In this document: piece by piece, positions 1 through 11,500 of the stretch
Position numbering within the stretch: position 1 is the stretch's first letter
Layout of the letters: every line of letters starts with the position of its first letter
NCBI GenBank assembly: GCA_000934665.2
Contig: KZ538429.1
Location: 51,019 to 71,018 of the forward strand
Direction of reading: 5' to 3'
DNA: 20,000 nucleotides
From: Catajapyx aquilonaris
Lineage: Eukaryota
The notes under the pieces: model-generated
Database searches by the model: none
What the model was told of the DNA's origin: nothing
What the model saw: only the letters and a program-made list of their open reading frames with translations
Made by a program: the position numbers and the translations under genes

Positions 1-370
1 TGACCTTTCCACACACTGTTCACGAGAACGTGGCGTCTAATAATAAAAAATCCAAGTCCCCATGTAGCTTCCATCCTTAACTGATCGCGACTACCTGCCG
101 CAGCATCCAGACCAATACTGAATAATTCATAGCATGAAAACAGATATCCACGAGGCTGCTGCAAAGAATAGGAGCTGTCTCAAGCTTCCAAAGAGCACGT
201 TAGTGAATTAACATGCGACCACCCCCACAAAAAACATGACCTTTTCGGCTTTTTGATAAGAAGGACAAAATGGAAAGTGAACTAAATTAAATTAAGCTTG
301 TTTCACTGAGCACAAAATCGTTTGTCCACGAACCCAGCGTAACCATTGTGCATCTTGTCAGGACCATTTT

Positions 371-1410
371 TCATTCAGTCGACAACTTCTTGTCACATAT
401 GTCACAGCATCCGTGACTCATCTCTGCGTCATCTCTGAACATGCTGGTAACCGAAAAAAAGAAAGAACGGTGACAAAGCGGAAGTGAGTAATTATATCCT
501 GCAAAAAAGTCAGGCCGGACCGGGTACTGGCCAACTCCAATTTGTTTCGAGAGTTACGGTAATCCGAAAGGTAATTACAGGCAAGGCCATGTATGCGCTG
601 CCAAGGTGCTCCAGAAAATCTTCGGCAAAGACCTTGCCTTATCCTAACGGTTCCCCTTTTACTGTCCGATCAATTATTGCTCCAGATCAGTCATTCTGTC
701 AACCCGTTTGGCCACATCTAGTAGCTTCCATCAGGAGCCTGTGCAGCACAAATTTTTGCGAGGTTTGGCAATTAGGATGGCAGCTGTGAGTGACTTGCTC
801 CCAAAAAGTGAAACCCCCAGCGTGAAGAGACAACAACAACAAACATCATTTTTGTTGGAAACCTGGTCCAGCTGGGTCAGCCCCAACTCCCTTTACCGTA
901 GTCAGTGTCCAAGGTCGCCTTTGAAAAGAAAAAAAAGGAGTGGAGAAAGTCTGGAGAAATTCGCCATTGCACCTTTTCCGGGGGGACTGACTAGCACGGA
1001 AGAGTATGCAGGACATTTGCCAGAAAGCACTAAACCTCCCTGTCCCTATGCTCTTTAAAGGCCCCCTTCCAAGACCTACCTCACCTGAACCACCTGTCTT
1101 CATTTATTACACCAACGCGACGCTTGACTACTTCCACATCTAGTCAGGTCTGATGGCCAGCAAAATAGATCTGAATCAGCATGGAAGCTGTTCACTCGCT
1201 GTAATATAAATAGAGCCGCTGTAAACACACTGCCTGGCCATTTCCACATGCTGGTCGAGTTACGATCTGGTAAGTGAATTACTGTATACAGGGGCTCCTT
1301 TCATTAATAATATTTTGTCATAGCTCATAACATAATAATTACTATGCAGTAACCGATTTTCTAGCAGGAGAGGAATGGTTCCGGTCAATTTCAAAGCCCA
1401 TGCTCATTCT
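371..1410 (-). pseudogene. Degraded RecQ-like superfamily II helicase, C-terminal half (possibly transposon-borne, AcademH-type)
   Basis: Manual minus-strand translation across frameshifts gives RecQ-like motifs in the right order: SSPARKSV (~1350-1375, cf. SPxRPNI); EQLP..IYF (~1160-1195, cf. motif IV); LFRASQSP..K.AMANFSR (~950-1005, cf. FHA..K..F); VVVVSS-LGV (~812-850, cf. VATxAxGMG); NC..VLH (~740-773); a decayed motif VI (~685-735). A final open segment 498-371, behind a CTGAC-TTTTTTG-CAG acceptor, reads YNYSLPLCHRSFFFSVTSMFRDDAEMSHGCCDICDKKLSTE*, matching the RecQ Zn-binding CRR...HxCCDxC pattern. Confidence 0.6.
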
Positions 1411-1679
1411 CTTTTAATTTTAATTTTACACTAGTTCTTCCTCCCAACCACCAGAGGCGCAGAATGGGGACCAATCCGGAGCCTCTGTCACACAACGAAG
1501 GATTTAAATATTATAGATTTCGTTTAAAAAAATAGAACTGCCACGCCATAAAGAGCGTTCAAAGTTGCATTCCCTTGGCTAATTTCGATTTCAAGTCAAG
1601 ATCAGCATTGAAAATCGCACAATGTGGCTATTTCTGGCTGTTATTGGTCTCTTGCCCCTACCCATGAAGAGACTGATGA

Positions 1680-2736
1680 GTGCGTAACCATGAATTTGGA
1701 GTAATGGGAGAGTGTCTCCGATTAGGATGATCCTTGGCGGTGCTAAATCCAGAAGAGGGAAGGAGGCATGAGGATCCTGGCACCAAGAATCCAGTACAGT
1801 AATCGCTGCTGCTGCTGCTGCTGCTGGAGGGTTAGGGGGTGTTCTTGGGGGTGGGAGGAACCAACTGTTATTTTTAGCAAAAGACTAGTAGCGAGGATGA
1901 GCTGTGAGTTGAGAATCAAGGCGTCTATGAGCCATGTCCTCTTCACGCCTTGACGGACCAACTCATCAGCTCGTCTTTCCTTCACATCTCGCGCGCTGTC
2001 CGATGGATTTGCCAAAAATGCCTACACGGACATTAGCCTACCACCGAACGACCTTCCTCTGTCACCCCTCCTTCTCACCAGTCCTCCATTTCATTCTGTA
2101 TACATTCTTGCAGAGTGCGTTCATTGTTCTGGAGCACAAGAGGCATTCATTTGGCTTTTTTTTAAATAAATATGGTGCGCGTGTGTAGTGGGAGTATTCC
2201 ACTAGGTTCATACGGAATATTGTCACCTGCTCTCACTTTTTTTTCCTACAAATGGCCATCATTAAAATTTCTTGTTGAAATTACAGTTAACAATGTAAAC
2301 TTACTGTACTAGGGCAGAATGTGTCAGAACTGTATCTTAAAATAGTGTCTTTGAATCACTGCAATAATGTATGTATTGCCCCCACCTGCCTCCCGCCGAC
2401 AAGCCTGCCCCCCACTATCTCCCCCAAACACAGGAATAAAGGCTTCTGCTTACGCGATAGATGGCTACGCGCGAAAATAGTCCCCAAGAGTGCCAGAATA
2501 GCCCAGATTAATATCCTTTGATTTAGACCTCTAAAGCTCTACTGTGATAACAATATATTAAACTTTAAAATATTCCGAACATGACGTGCAATTGTTTTTA
2601 TCGTAAGACACAGACCTTGAATGGCAATAGAATATATATTCTAGGTACACGTATATTGGCACCATTTAAAAATTCACTCAGCCCCCCTCCACCTCGACTC
2701 TTCCATGTCCCCCATCCAAATCTAGCCCCGCCATTG
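1680..2736. mobile_element. Cluster of decayed MITE termini
   Basis: Two imperfect inverted pairs: GTGCGTAACCAT (1680-1691) / ATGGCTACGCGC (2461-2472), 10 of 12 match; TGGCGGTGCTAAAT (1735-1748) / ATCTAGCCCCGCCA (2720-2733), 12 of 14 match. No target-site duplications found. Confidence 0.35.
1806..1826 (+). repeat. (CTG)7 microsatellite
   Basis: Read directly; it produces the poly-Q and poly-C tracts in the spurious ORFs 1743..2015 and 1768..1953. Confidence 0.95.
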
Positions 2737-3154
2737 GCTGGGACTGTCGGGTGGGGGATTCTCAATTTACCTCGCCGGTACCTATACAGACAGTAATATG
2801 TGTAATATGTAGGCCTACATTTTGAAAAAAAAAACTTTAAAAAACTCTAATGGCCGTGATTCTATAAACAATAATTCATCGCATGCCTGGTGTAAGGGGG
2901 CGTGATTCTTAATAATAAAGGAATACCCGCCTAAAAATAGAACACTGTCATTTCTAGGCTGCTGTTAGGCCACGATCTCACATTCCATAAACGGTAGTCG
3001 CGTGCATAAGATTACAATCGACAGTGTGACCTTACCCAGTTGCCTGCATATTAATTATTGCTGGTTTATCCGGAGGCGAGTCAGGAAGCCAAAAGGCTCG
3101 ATTTGTTAATAAAAAACTGTGCTTTTAATATTAAAATATCAAGGGAGGGGGGGA

Positions 3155-3500
3155 GGGGGCTGGTGGTCTAGTGCCTATGCTACTGGCCAGCCAAGCGGGA
3201 GGTCAGGGGTTCAAATCCCGTCACCTTCGCTTGGTCGGGTCTTTTTCCGCTTTTCGCCCGACATGTCCGGGAAGATTCGCACTCCCTTCTTTGCCCAGGG
3301 CCAGGAGAAAAGGTCTGGTATTTAAGAGGGTCAGAAATGACTAGAAACTATAACAGCTCCCTGCCTTGGGAACCTCCCCTTCCCCCCACGCCCAGGGACC
3401 GGGGCGTTTCAGCTGCAGGATGTATTGTATGTATGCGATTAAAATAAAGGTCCGTATAATACCTCATGTGAGGTCCACGCTACCCAATATTAATATTATT
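3155..3500 (+). mobile_element. tRNA-derived SINE with tRNA-Gly(GCC)-like head
   Basis: A box TGGTCTAGTG (3164-3173) and B box GGTTCAAATCC (3208-3218). CTGGCCAGCCAAGCGGGAGG resembles the tRNA-Gly segment CTCGCCTGCCACGCGGGAGG. About 270 bp of GC-rich body follows, then an AT-rich microsatellite tail. Confidence 0.8.
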
Positions 3501-3501
3501 G

Positions 3502-3609
<108 letters not shown>

Positions 3610-3699
3610 TCGATTTCTAGAATGTTTTAAAGCACACCTGCATACACAGATACATACAAGTGAATACTGCAGTTTAAATCGCAGTTAGTAACAACAGCA

Positions 3700-4260
3700 A
3701 TCTTCTAACAAATACCAGGTGCATTCAAAGAGAACATTAGTACCGGTAGTGAATATAAAGTGCCAAATGAAGAATTCTTGTTGTATCATACTGTATTCGA
3801 CTTTAAAGCAGGTTTTCTTTGCTACTCACAGCCAAATAAACCTTCACTTTCTGGAGGCAATTACTTGTCTCTTCAAGCTGCCTTCACCATGTACTTTTTG
3901 AATGTCATTTTTTATATACCCCAGGAAAAGTAATTTGCAAGAGTTTCAATTGAAAGAGTTTGTCAACGTACGAAATAATATTATGCAGATTTTCTGAGTT
4001 AAGTCATTTATAGTTCGAAATTGTGGCGTGTGCGGGCAAACGAATCCAGTTTTTGTGAGTAAAATTTACTTTACAGTATTAGTGCATGGTCTATCTATAC
4101 CGCCAAATTTTGTTTTAAAGTTATTGTTATCCATCTGGTGTGAGCGTCTCTCCCAAAGTCCCATAGATGTAGGTCTATAATGTTGGTAATAAATAACTAT
4201 CGGTATACAGTATGCAAAATATGTCCTATTATTAGGGAATCCCCAAACTAAAGCCATTTT
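3700..4260 (-). mobile_element. Heavily decayed L1/Tx1-type LINE ORF2 C-terminal remnant
   Basis: Minus-strand fragments in several frames occur in the order expected for the L1/Tx1 ORF2 C-terminus: NNFKTKFG, YCKV..KNW, YKKM, TW*RQL, CFK..DT.RILH, GTNVLF (cf. F..KF..Y...W...IY...KW..L...RILH...TN.L). Many stops and frameshifts. Confidence 0.35.
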
Positions 4261-4315
4261 AGACTCTTATAAAACCGCGATTCTTTAGTCCTGGAGTTGT
4301 GAAATGGGTTGGTAA

Positions 4316-4456
4316 CAGGGGTGGGCGCAATTAATTTGAAAATCAATTACTAAATTGAATTAATTGGGCACTCCCATTCCATTCAATCCCATTCGTCTTA
4401 AATTCGCCACAATTTAGTTCAATTCAATAAAATTTGTCATTCAATTGCGATTCATG
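4316..4456 (+). mobile_element. Isolated end of a hAT-like non-autonomous element
   Basis: CAGGGGTGGGCGCAATT start followed by densely repeated CAATT/AATTG/ATTCA pentamers typical of hAT subterminal arrays. No matching opposite end seen in the window. Confidence 0.45.
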
Positions 4457-7400
4457 TTACTCTTTTTCATAGTGGAAGTTGTTGAGGATTTTCTTGAAAT
4501 CAGCCAATGATATACGGTACTGTAAGCCACATCCGCTTGCATCAATCAAGAATGGCTTCTTCTCAATGGCTGATTGGTTCAGGTGGCCAACAGAAGTTCC
4601 GAATTTAGCTGCAGACTTAGGCGCCCCAACTATAACACATGAAAATACCATGGACAGCCTGCAGGTATAACTAATGATACTTAATAATGTAACCAATTAT
4701 TTCGTTAAGTGAAATATTAGTTGTCAGAAATAGTAAAAAGATACTGAATTTCAAGTTTGGAATGAAATCAACCTTTCTCTCTTTACAACTGCATAATTAA
4801 CGACCCGACTTTCTCACACAAGTGTGACTTTTACCTTGCACTGTTCCCAAAGTGCATATACAAAATTATATATTACCCTTTGAAGCTTTTGGAGAAATCC
4901 TTGAGAAACCGCATCAACACAAGCAAATATCAACATAAAAAAGGTGGCACTCAAAATGTGCCCTATAAATTAGCGAGCAACACATGAAACGTTTCGACAT
5001 CCAAACACCGTGGGCAACTCCTAAGTAATTAACACTTTAGCCTATTTTTCGCCTGCCACTAATGAGTTATGAAATAAATAATCGTTGTAACCCAAGGGGT
5101 AATCCGCCCAAGTAGCGTACCAATCAATAAGCTATACAGTGCCATTTGACTATGAATTTCAGTGTAGCTTCTAGCCTTGAGTGCCTTAGGGTGATGCTTG
5201 GAAAGCTGCTGTGGAAGAAGTAAAACAACCCCTACCGTTGACACGCCCCTATACACCCCCTAAAAAAACAGTACTCCTTGCCCACAGTAAAAAAGTGCGT
5301 CTTTGGAGGTGAATAGCCGTGGGACCAGACCCTGAAGCAAAACGCAGGACTCAAACACACACGGTGATGAGCACGCCAATTAAAATAACCCACATTGTGG
5401 CTTTAAAGGCTGGCCTAAAAGTGGCGCCATTATTTTTAAAGCCAGATGACAGATCTGGACCGCAACCTTGCATTCAGAAATGTCGTCCAATTTGTCCCAG
5501 GCCTTGTTGAAAGGAACGGTAATTGTTAGTTGGGATAGACCAACGGGTCGGGGGGCCCTAAAGATGAATAATTAGGCGAAAAGGAGGGGCAGAAAAAGAG
5601 ATATAGGAATATATGTTTCCTTGGCTGGCTTGGCTGGCTGGGGTTTCACTTTCCCTTGCCCATCGCCTCGTTTAGTGGAAGTGACAGCAGCAACTGTGTG
5701 TCTGTCTGTCTACCAACCAACGCCACTCTCCTGGCTACGCATCTCGGCTTCATCTCCATGCAATTTCTTCTAGGGAGAGATATACAGCCTGTCTCGGGAA
5801 GCGATATGCCTGCGGTTCGTATTAACGCATGGCATCATTGAGAAAAACCATTTTGGGCTTTTAAGACTAGCTCGGACACCCCCAATCCCTTTGTCACGCC
5901 TGCCACACTCTCTCATACGCCATTCTCTCTCCCTTCAAAATTGCTCGTGGTTTCACACTCATTTGTAATATACTCCGGGTAAACTGTTCCTACATGTCAC
6001 ACTTTAATAATTAGCTGTCGTGTGAGTAGAGTTGTGTTTAGCACCCATCAGATTATACAGTAAACAAATACATCAGCTCATAAAATAACCTGCAAGTAGT
6101 TATTCATGTGTTCAGTGCTTGATCCCTACAAATTGCGGTGTCACATATTCACTTTCATCTTTAATGCTTCACACAAGTTGTGCAGAATTGCCTATGCAAA
6201 TTCAGAAATTGATGAGTATACACAAGCCTCAAAAACTTGATTCAATATAGAGTGCAGTAGTTAGCGTGCAGTGCCAAACTATGTGAATTGCAGCGATTCA
6301 TGTTGAATATTCTCAAAGTTTTATATGTGCATGTCATTAGCATATAACAGTTAGGACTCCCTCAAGTGCGTTAGCGTGTTTCCTGTTGAACGCCCCCTAC
6401 GCTTTTCCCAAAACTCCTATTTCATAATTCACCATTTCATTCACAAGGAGAGAAAGGGCATGGTTGGCGTAAGTGTGAACCAAGGTTCTTCCTGAACAGT
6501 TAAAATGGTGCGATAATGACATAAATGTGTCGAGAACAAACAAAAACGTCCCATTTATTCCAATTCTAAAATATTGCCATTCACTCTCTACTGCAGGATT
6601 TGTCCATCACATAACAGGTACAGTTACACACAACAACCAGCATGTGCCATGAATCAAATAACTCCTCGTGATCTTGGTCAAAAAAGAACCAAACTTCCTT
6701 TCACTTGGCATTCACGATATGGGGTAACTTTAAAGAAATAAAAATCAGATTTTGCCACTGCCAACTCTGGACTGAACACGACTAGAAGCGGGATAACATC
6801 TTAAAACTACTCGTAAAGTCTGATATGTTGTAATATACATCCTAATTCAGGCACCCAAGTTTTAAAATTACTGCACTTTCTGATGCTGCTGCACCTTTTA
6901 TAAGCGCCTCTATTAAAACTATGCAGATGTGTCGGTAGCAAAATAATAACCTACATTATCAAGACTCAAGAGTCACGTAATTAAAATGCATTAATTATTT
7001 TAAAGCGACAATAACACTAGTTACCATGTCAGCCCACGTGTCTTTGTATGTGTGTAGAGATAATAATAGGATAGGACTCAGCTAATTAATCATCGTCCCC
7101 AATCGCTTTGGATCGTGGCTGATGAAGTGTAGAAAGGAAGTTTACAGCCCACATGACCTTATAGCCTAATGGAATGCCGCTCCATGCATACCACACTGTG
7201 TCTACAAGAATGAAAAGATGGACCGATAACGACGTTATCATACGTGTACACTACGCGACAAATCTCGCGTACCCTTGGTACTTATTCATCGTCCTCAGTG
7301 TTTATCGTTGTAGTCAATGACCACACTCGTATTCTTCATCATCTTATGCAGCTTTGGCTGATTGGGAATCTGGTCATCCCTGTCATCATTTAAAACCCGC

Positions 7401-8164
7401 GCGCTATTCGGACCCGTCACAGGTGGATGCACCAGGGTACACCAAATTTGTCAGGTAGTGTACAGTACCTACGCAAGTTGTGCCACTTTAGATACGCCTA
7501 GACATATTTACTTACTTGCTGTACAAGTATTTGTCTACCTGCACGCAAGAACTTTCATTCTGTTGTATAACTGCTCTAATTAATTAGCTTCGAGCTTACG
7601 GTAGGAGGCACATTTGGTACGAATTGTTGCACAGCATGCACTGCCGTTAACTATATGAATGGGAATTACAACGTCCCTTTCTGGACTGCGGAGGTGTACA
7701 AAAGTCGATAAGAATGTCACGCATTACGAGCTGATTAATAGATCCCCAAGCAACAAATAAGAATAAGGGAAACCCTTTGGGACTTTAACTCTTGAACGAC
7801 GACTTTCATGGGAGGATATAACGCTGGGAAATAACGGGCGAAATCCTCTAGTGCTTTCGTCGTTACTCTGCATATGTATTGTGGAGCCACCCAACCCAAC
7901 ATTTAACAAATTATATGAATTTTTGACAGTCCGTTTCATACTGTATATAACCTGAATCATTTTACTCTTCCGCTGGGAGTACGCGTAATACTCAAGTAGG
8001 TCTATGAGTATAGATAGACGAACCAGATTTTCCTTTAAAACGTTTCCAAAAATTATGTAAGATTAAACATTTTAATTGACGTTATTTTGCTTCCCCTAGG
8101 ATATTCTATTCCAGAGTCCTTTCCATTAGAAAACAACTGCATATCGTATATTAATTTTTCTCTC

Positions 8165-8458
8165 GGGCAGACGGTGTGCCGCTGCGGAAACATACGCGAC
8201 CACGGATGTGAAGGTCCCGGGTTCGATCCCAGTCCGGGGACACCCCCTTCATCTCGTGCAGAGTTTAGGTCGTCTCTGGCTTCGTCTCGGGTGGAATCTC
8301 CAATAGACATATCCACCCGGGGGAGTTCACAAAATGTACCCACATCAGTCCGCGCACTGCACTTTGCACATCCCCCACCTGGCATCCTGCCCGTGGGCCC
8401 GGGCCCTTCAATTAATAGGCACCAATTGTACAATAATAATAATAATAAATAAATAAAT
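8165..8458 (+). mobile_element. tRNA-derived SINE with tRNA-Arg(ACG)-like head
   Basis: B box GGTTCGATCCC (8220-8230). GACCACGGATGTGAAG resembles tRNA-Arg GACTACGGATCAGAAG; the A box is degenerate. GC-rich body and (AAT)n(AAAT)n tail at 8432-8458. The body is unrelated to the SINE at 3155. Confidence 0.75.
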
Positions 8459-8483
8459 GTCCGTGTGATATACCCCCATTTGG

Positions 8484-8549
<66 letters not shown>
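8484..8549. repeat. (ATT)22 microsatellite
   Basis: Read directly; it produces the poly-N tract in ORF 8412..8609. Confidence 0.97.
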
Positions 8550-8550
<1 letters not shown>

Positions 8551-11500
8551 TCGCAAGAGTTTCTGATAAACAATATTAAAGGAAAGAGGTGCTGAATGAA
8601 CTGTATCAATATTCAACAAAATATCCGACTAGTTCCCTAAGCGTTACGCATATGAAAAGTTTTTTTTTTAAAAATAGTTGAGGATTTCGTTCAGTGCTGG
8701 TCCTATTCTGGTCCACTTTTCCCCCCATTGAGAGCCCGGAAAATACGCCAATTCATCAGTCGAGGAGTAATTTTACGAGCCCCACAATAAAGAAGACAAG
8801 CATCGCGTGGTCATTTTCAGCCCATTGTAGTCCCAGAAATAGGACAAGCTCACGTCTAAATCGTGACTCCAGGTAGGCCCCAGAACATACCGTCTACAAA
8901 AACAAATCTGAAGGCAAGCCTGAAGGTCGGCTTCCTCCACCCCCCAAACCCTCTCTGTCCTCCCTCACCCTCTCATCCTTCTAACCACCTCTATACTGAT
9001 GCATTTCACAAGATCACAAATTCTACACAGATAATTACCAGCTAAGAATTCCTTCCAGACAAGAGATGTGTGTGCGTGCTGCAGGTACACGTAGGGCCTC
9101 TCAGAAATTACACACTGACGAAAAAAGAGGAATGGAGATAACATACTCCCAAAAGGGATAGGAAAAGGAGGGGAAACAGGTGAGGGGTAATGAAATTCCA
9201 CCAAATTGGGATGTACTGACTTTCTCCGACACAACTGCATTCCAAAAGGAAAATTTTTGCACACTGGATTAATGCCAACGTTATAGCCGTTCTCGTTTGC
9301 TAACGAGTTTTCACGAGGGAGATGGTGAGAATGAGATAGCATATACCTTCGCCCCTTTTTTAATGACACATTCATAGCGTTGCGCATTGAGACAATGTAC
9401 TCAAGTTGCATGTCCAGAATGACGAAAATGTCGACGAGAATATTCAAATGAATATCTCTGGAAGACAGAGATCTATTACCGGTCGCTTTTACAGGGCATT
9501 GTTAAATTTTGCTTTCTAATTTTTACACCGTGACACTTGATGAACCCGGCAGGTAAGTGTAAAACTACACCTCCGACTGGTTGGTTTGTGGTTTACTCGA
9601 GAAGTCGCGAAGTTACTCCGGGCTTTTGAAGCATTGAGGTGAAGGAAGCTGACAGTGGCAATTATGTGAACGGTTTTTGTCACATGTGCCAAAACTGGAT
9701 GCACATACCAAAATCCCACAACCATGTTAATGCATGGTTATATTTAAATATGTGTTTAACCGTGTGGAACAAGTTACAGAAATAAATGTCCACGATGATG
9801 ATGCTAAAGAAAATTTACTGGCAAGAAGGGACTTGTGTGTTTTTTTCCTCAAAAATACCGATCCCACTTACACTGCAATAGGGCAATATAATGTCGCTGT
9901 GTATTTATACCATGAAAAGTAATGCTTTCTAAAATCAATCCCTGTGAGACTTGGTTATTTTATGAATATACAGTACGTTCTTCGTTATAATATAGAATAT
10001 TCCGTTCACTTCAGGTTCCGGATGATCGCACTGCCAATGTCATTTAGGGGGAAATCAGTTTTAAACAGTGGTTACAGACGATTAGTTACCTCGAACTAGC
10101 ATGTGTAGGCTACCAGTGTCTGCAACGAGCAGAAAAACACAACGTTACTGAAGCTCATAGTAAACATAAAGCAAATTCAGCCCAAGTACAAGTGATGGAT
10201 GTAAAGTGTCCAGAATGCCTAACAACCCTTAAATGCAGTGTCTCAGACGTCCTTGGTTTTCCACCCAACTAATAACTGACGGGGCATGTCTTACACCTTC
10301 CTGTTCACACTTGGATGGACCAGTGACGTCATTCAGTATGTGCTGAGAGAACACTCGAAACAAATGACGAGACGCCTCACACCTATGACTCACTCTCATT
10401 GTTTTACATAAAAAATCGTGCGGAAAAAATTTGGTTTTCATGTGTCAGGTGAAAATTCTTGCGAAATGGAACCCCCCCCCCCTCCCTCACTCTTTTGTTC
10501 TCGCTACACTAGGCCGTAGAATAAACACGCTGGAGGAATCCAGTTTAATTGGATCCCGGCCTCGCTTTTGTTTTACACGCAGTCTCGTAAATATTCCAGG
10601 TCTTTTACGTGCTTAGTAGGCCTCCACGAAATCTCTTCCTGGTTGGCTCCCACTTTTTGGGCAATTCGCACATGAAAAATTGCTCGCGAATCCCAGCCAT
10701 GTAACGGCGACCGAAACGAGGATCACTGACGAAAAAACGAGCATGAACATCACGAGAAACGACACTCCTCATTTTATAGTCATTGCGGCGCCACACGTGA
10801 TACTGCAAATAAAAGTACGCATTAAGACCCTCCTCTCGTGAACCATCCATCTCAAAATGTGTGTCTCAAACCGGTTTGTTTTTCTGGCCCAAATTGACTC
10901 CTTGTCTTTGCACGCTACTGTAGGCACTTAAATGATCACGAAAGGTAGATGCAAGAAGAAAACGCCAATTAAAAGTCTTGTTATGCAACTTGATATTGCA
11001 AGAGCCTAACCACTCAACAGAACAACAATAAACCTGTCAATACAGGAACAGCAAGAACGCGGCGCTGTTATCCATTAGCTGCTTAGCGACTAGTCTCTAC
11101 TGAAAAACCATGTTCTGCGTTAAAGATCAATAATATACCGGTATCTACCAATTGTCAATACTGAATTTTTCAAAAATGTCATATGCAGTTCAACACTGGT
11201 TTAGATTCGATAGAGAGTTTTAGGCTACAGCAAATATTAGGTTGAGACGACCCATTATTTTAAAAGCCTGAATCGATATCGATGTCAAGTGTTCCAATTG
11301 CCCATTCCCAATAGGAAATTTCTTGCAATACTCTGACTGAATTGGTGATTCAGTTTGCCCTAATATTAACAACTAATAATTTTGATAATCACTAAAAGTC
11401 ACCACTTCTTCCGCTTAACAATAAGCAGCACAATGCCAAAAATAGCTAACAATTTTTTCGCACTTACAGTACTTTGACGAGATTTGTTTCCGTATATCAT

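Noticed and set aside
484..1058. Plus-strand ORFs of 101 and 116 aa
   Set aside because: No recognisable domain; they are antisense to the helicase relic.
3155..3230. Functional tRNA-Gly gene
   Set aside because: The acceptor stem pairs poorly, the anticodon loop lacks U33, and a SINE body and tail follow.
8165..8240. Functional tRNA-Arg gene
   Set aside because: Degenerate A box and D arm, no oligo-T terminator, followed by a SINE body and tail.
8965..9447. Longest ORF (160 aa, minus strand)
   Set aside because: Non-ATG start, no recognisable motif, composition typical of random sequence.
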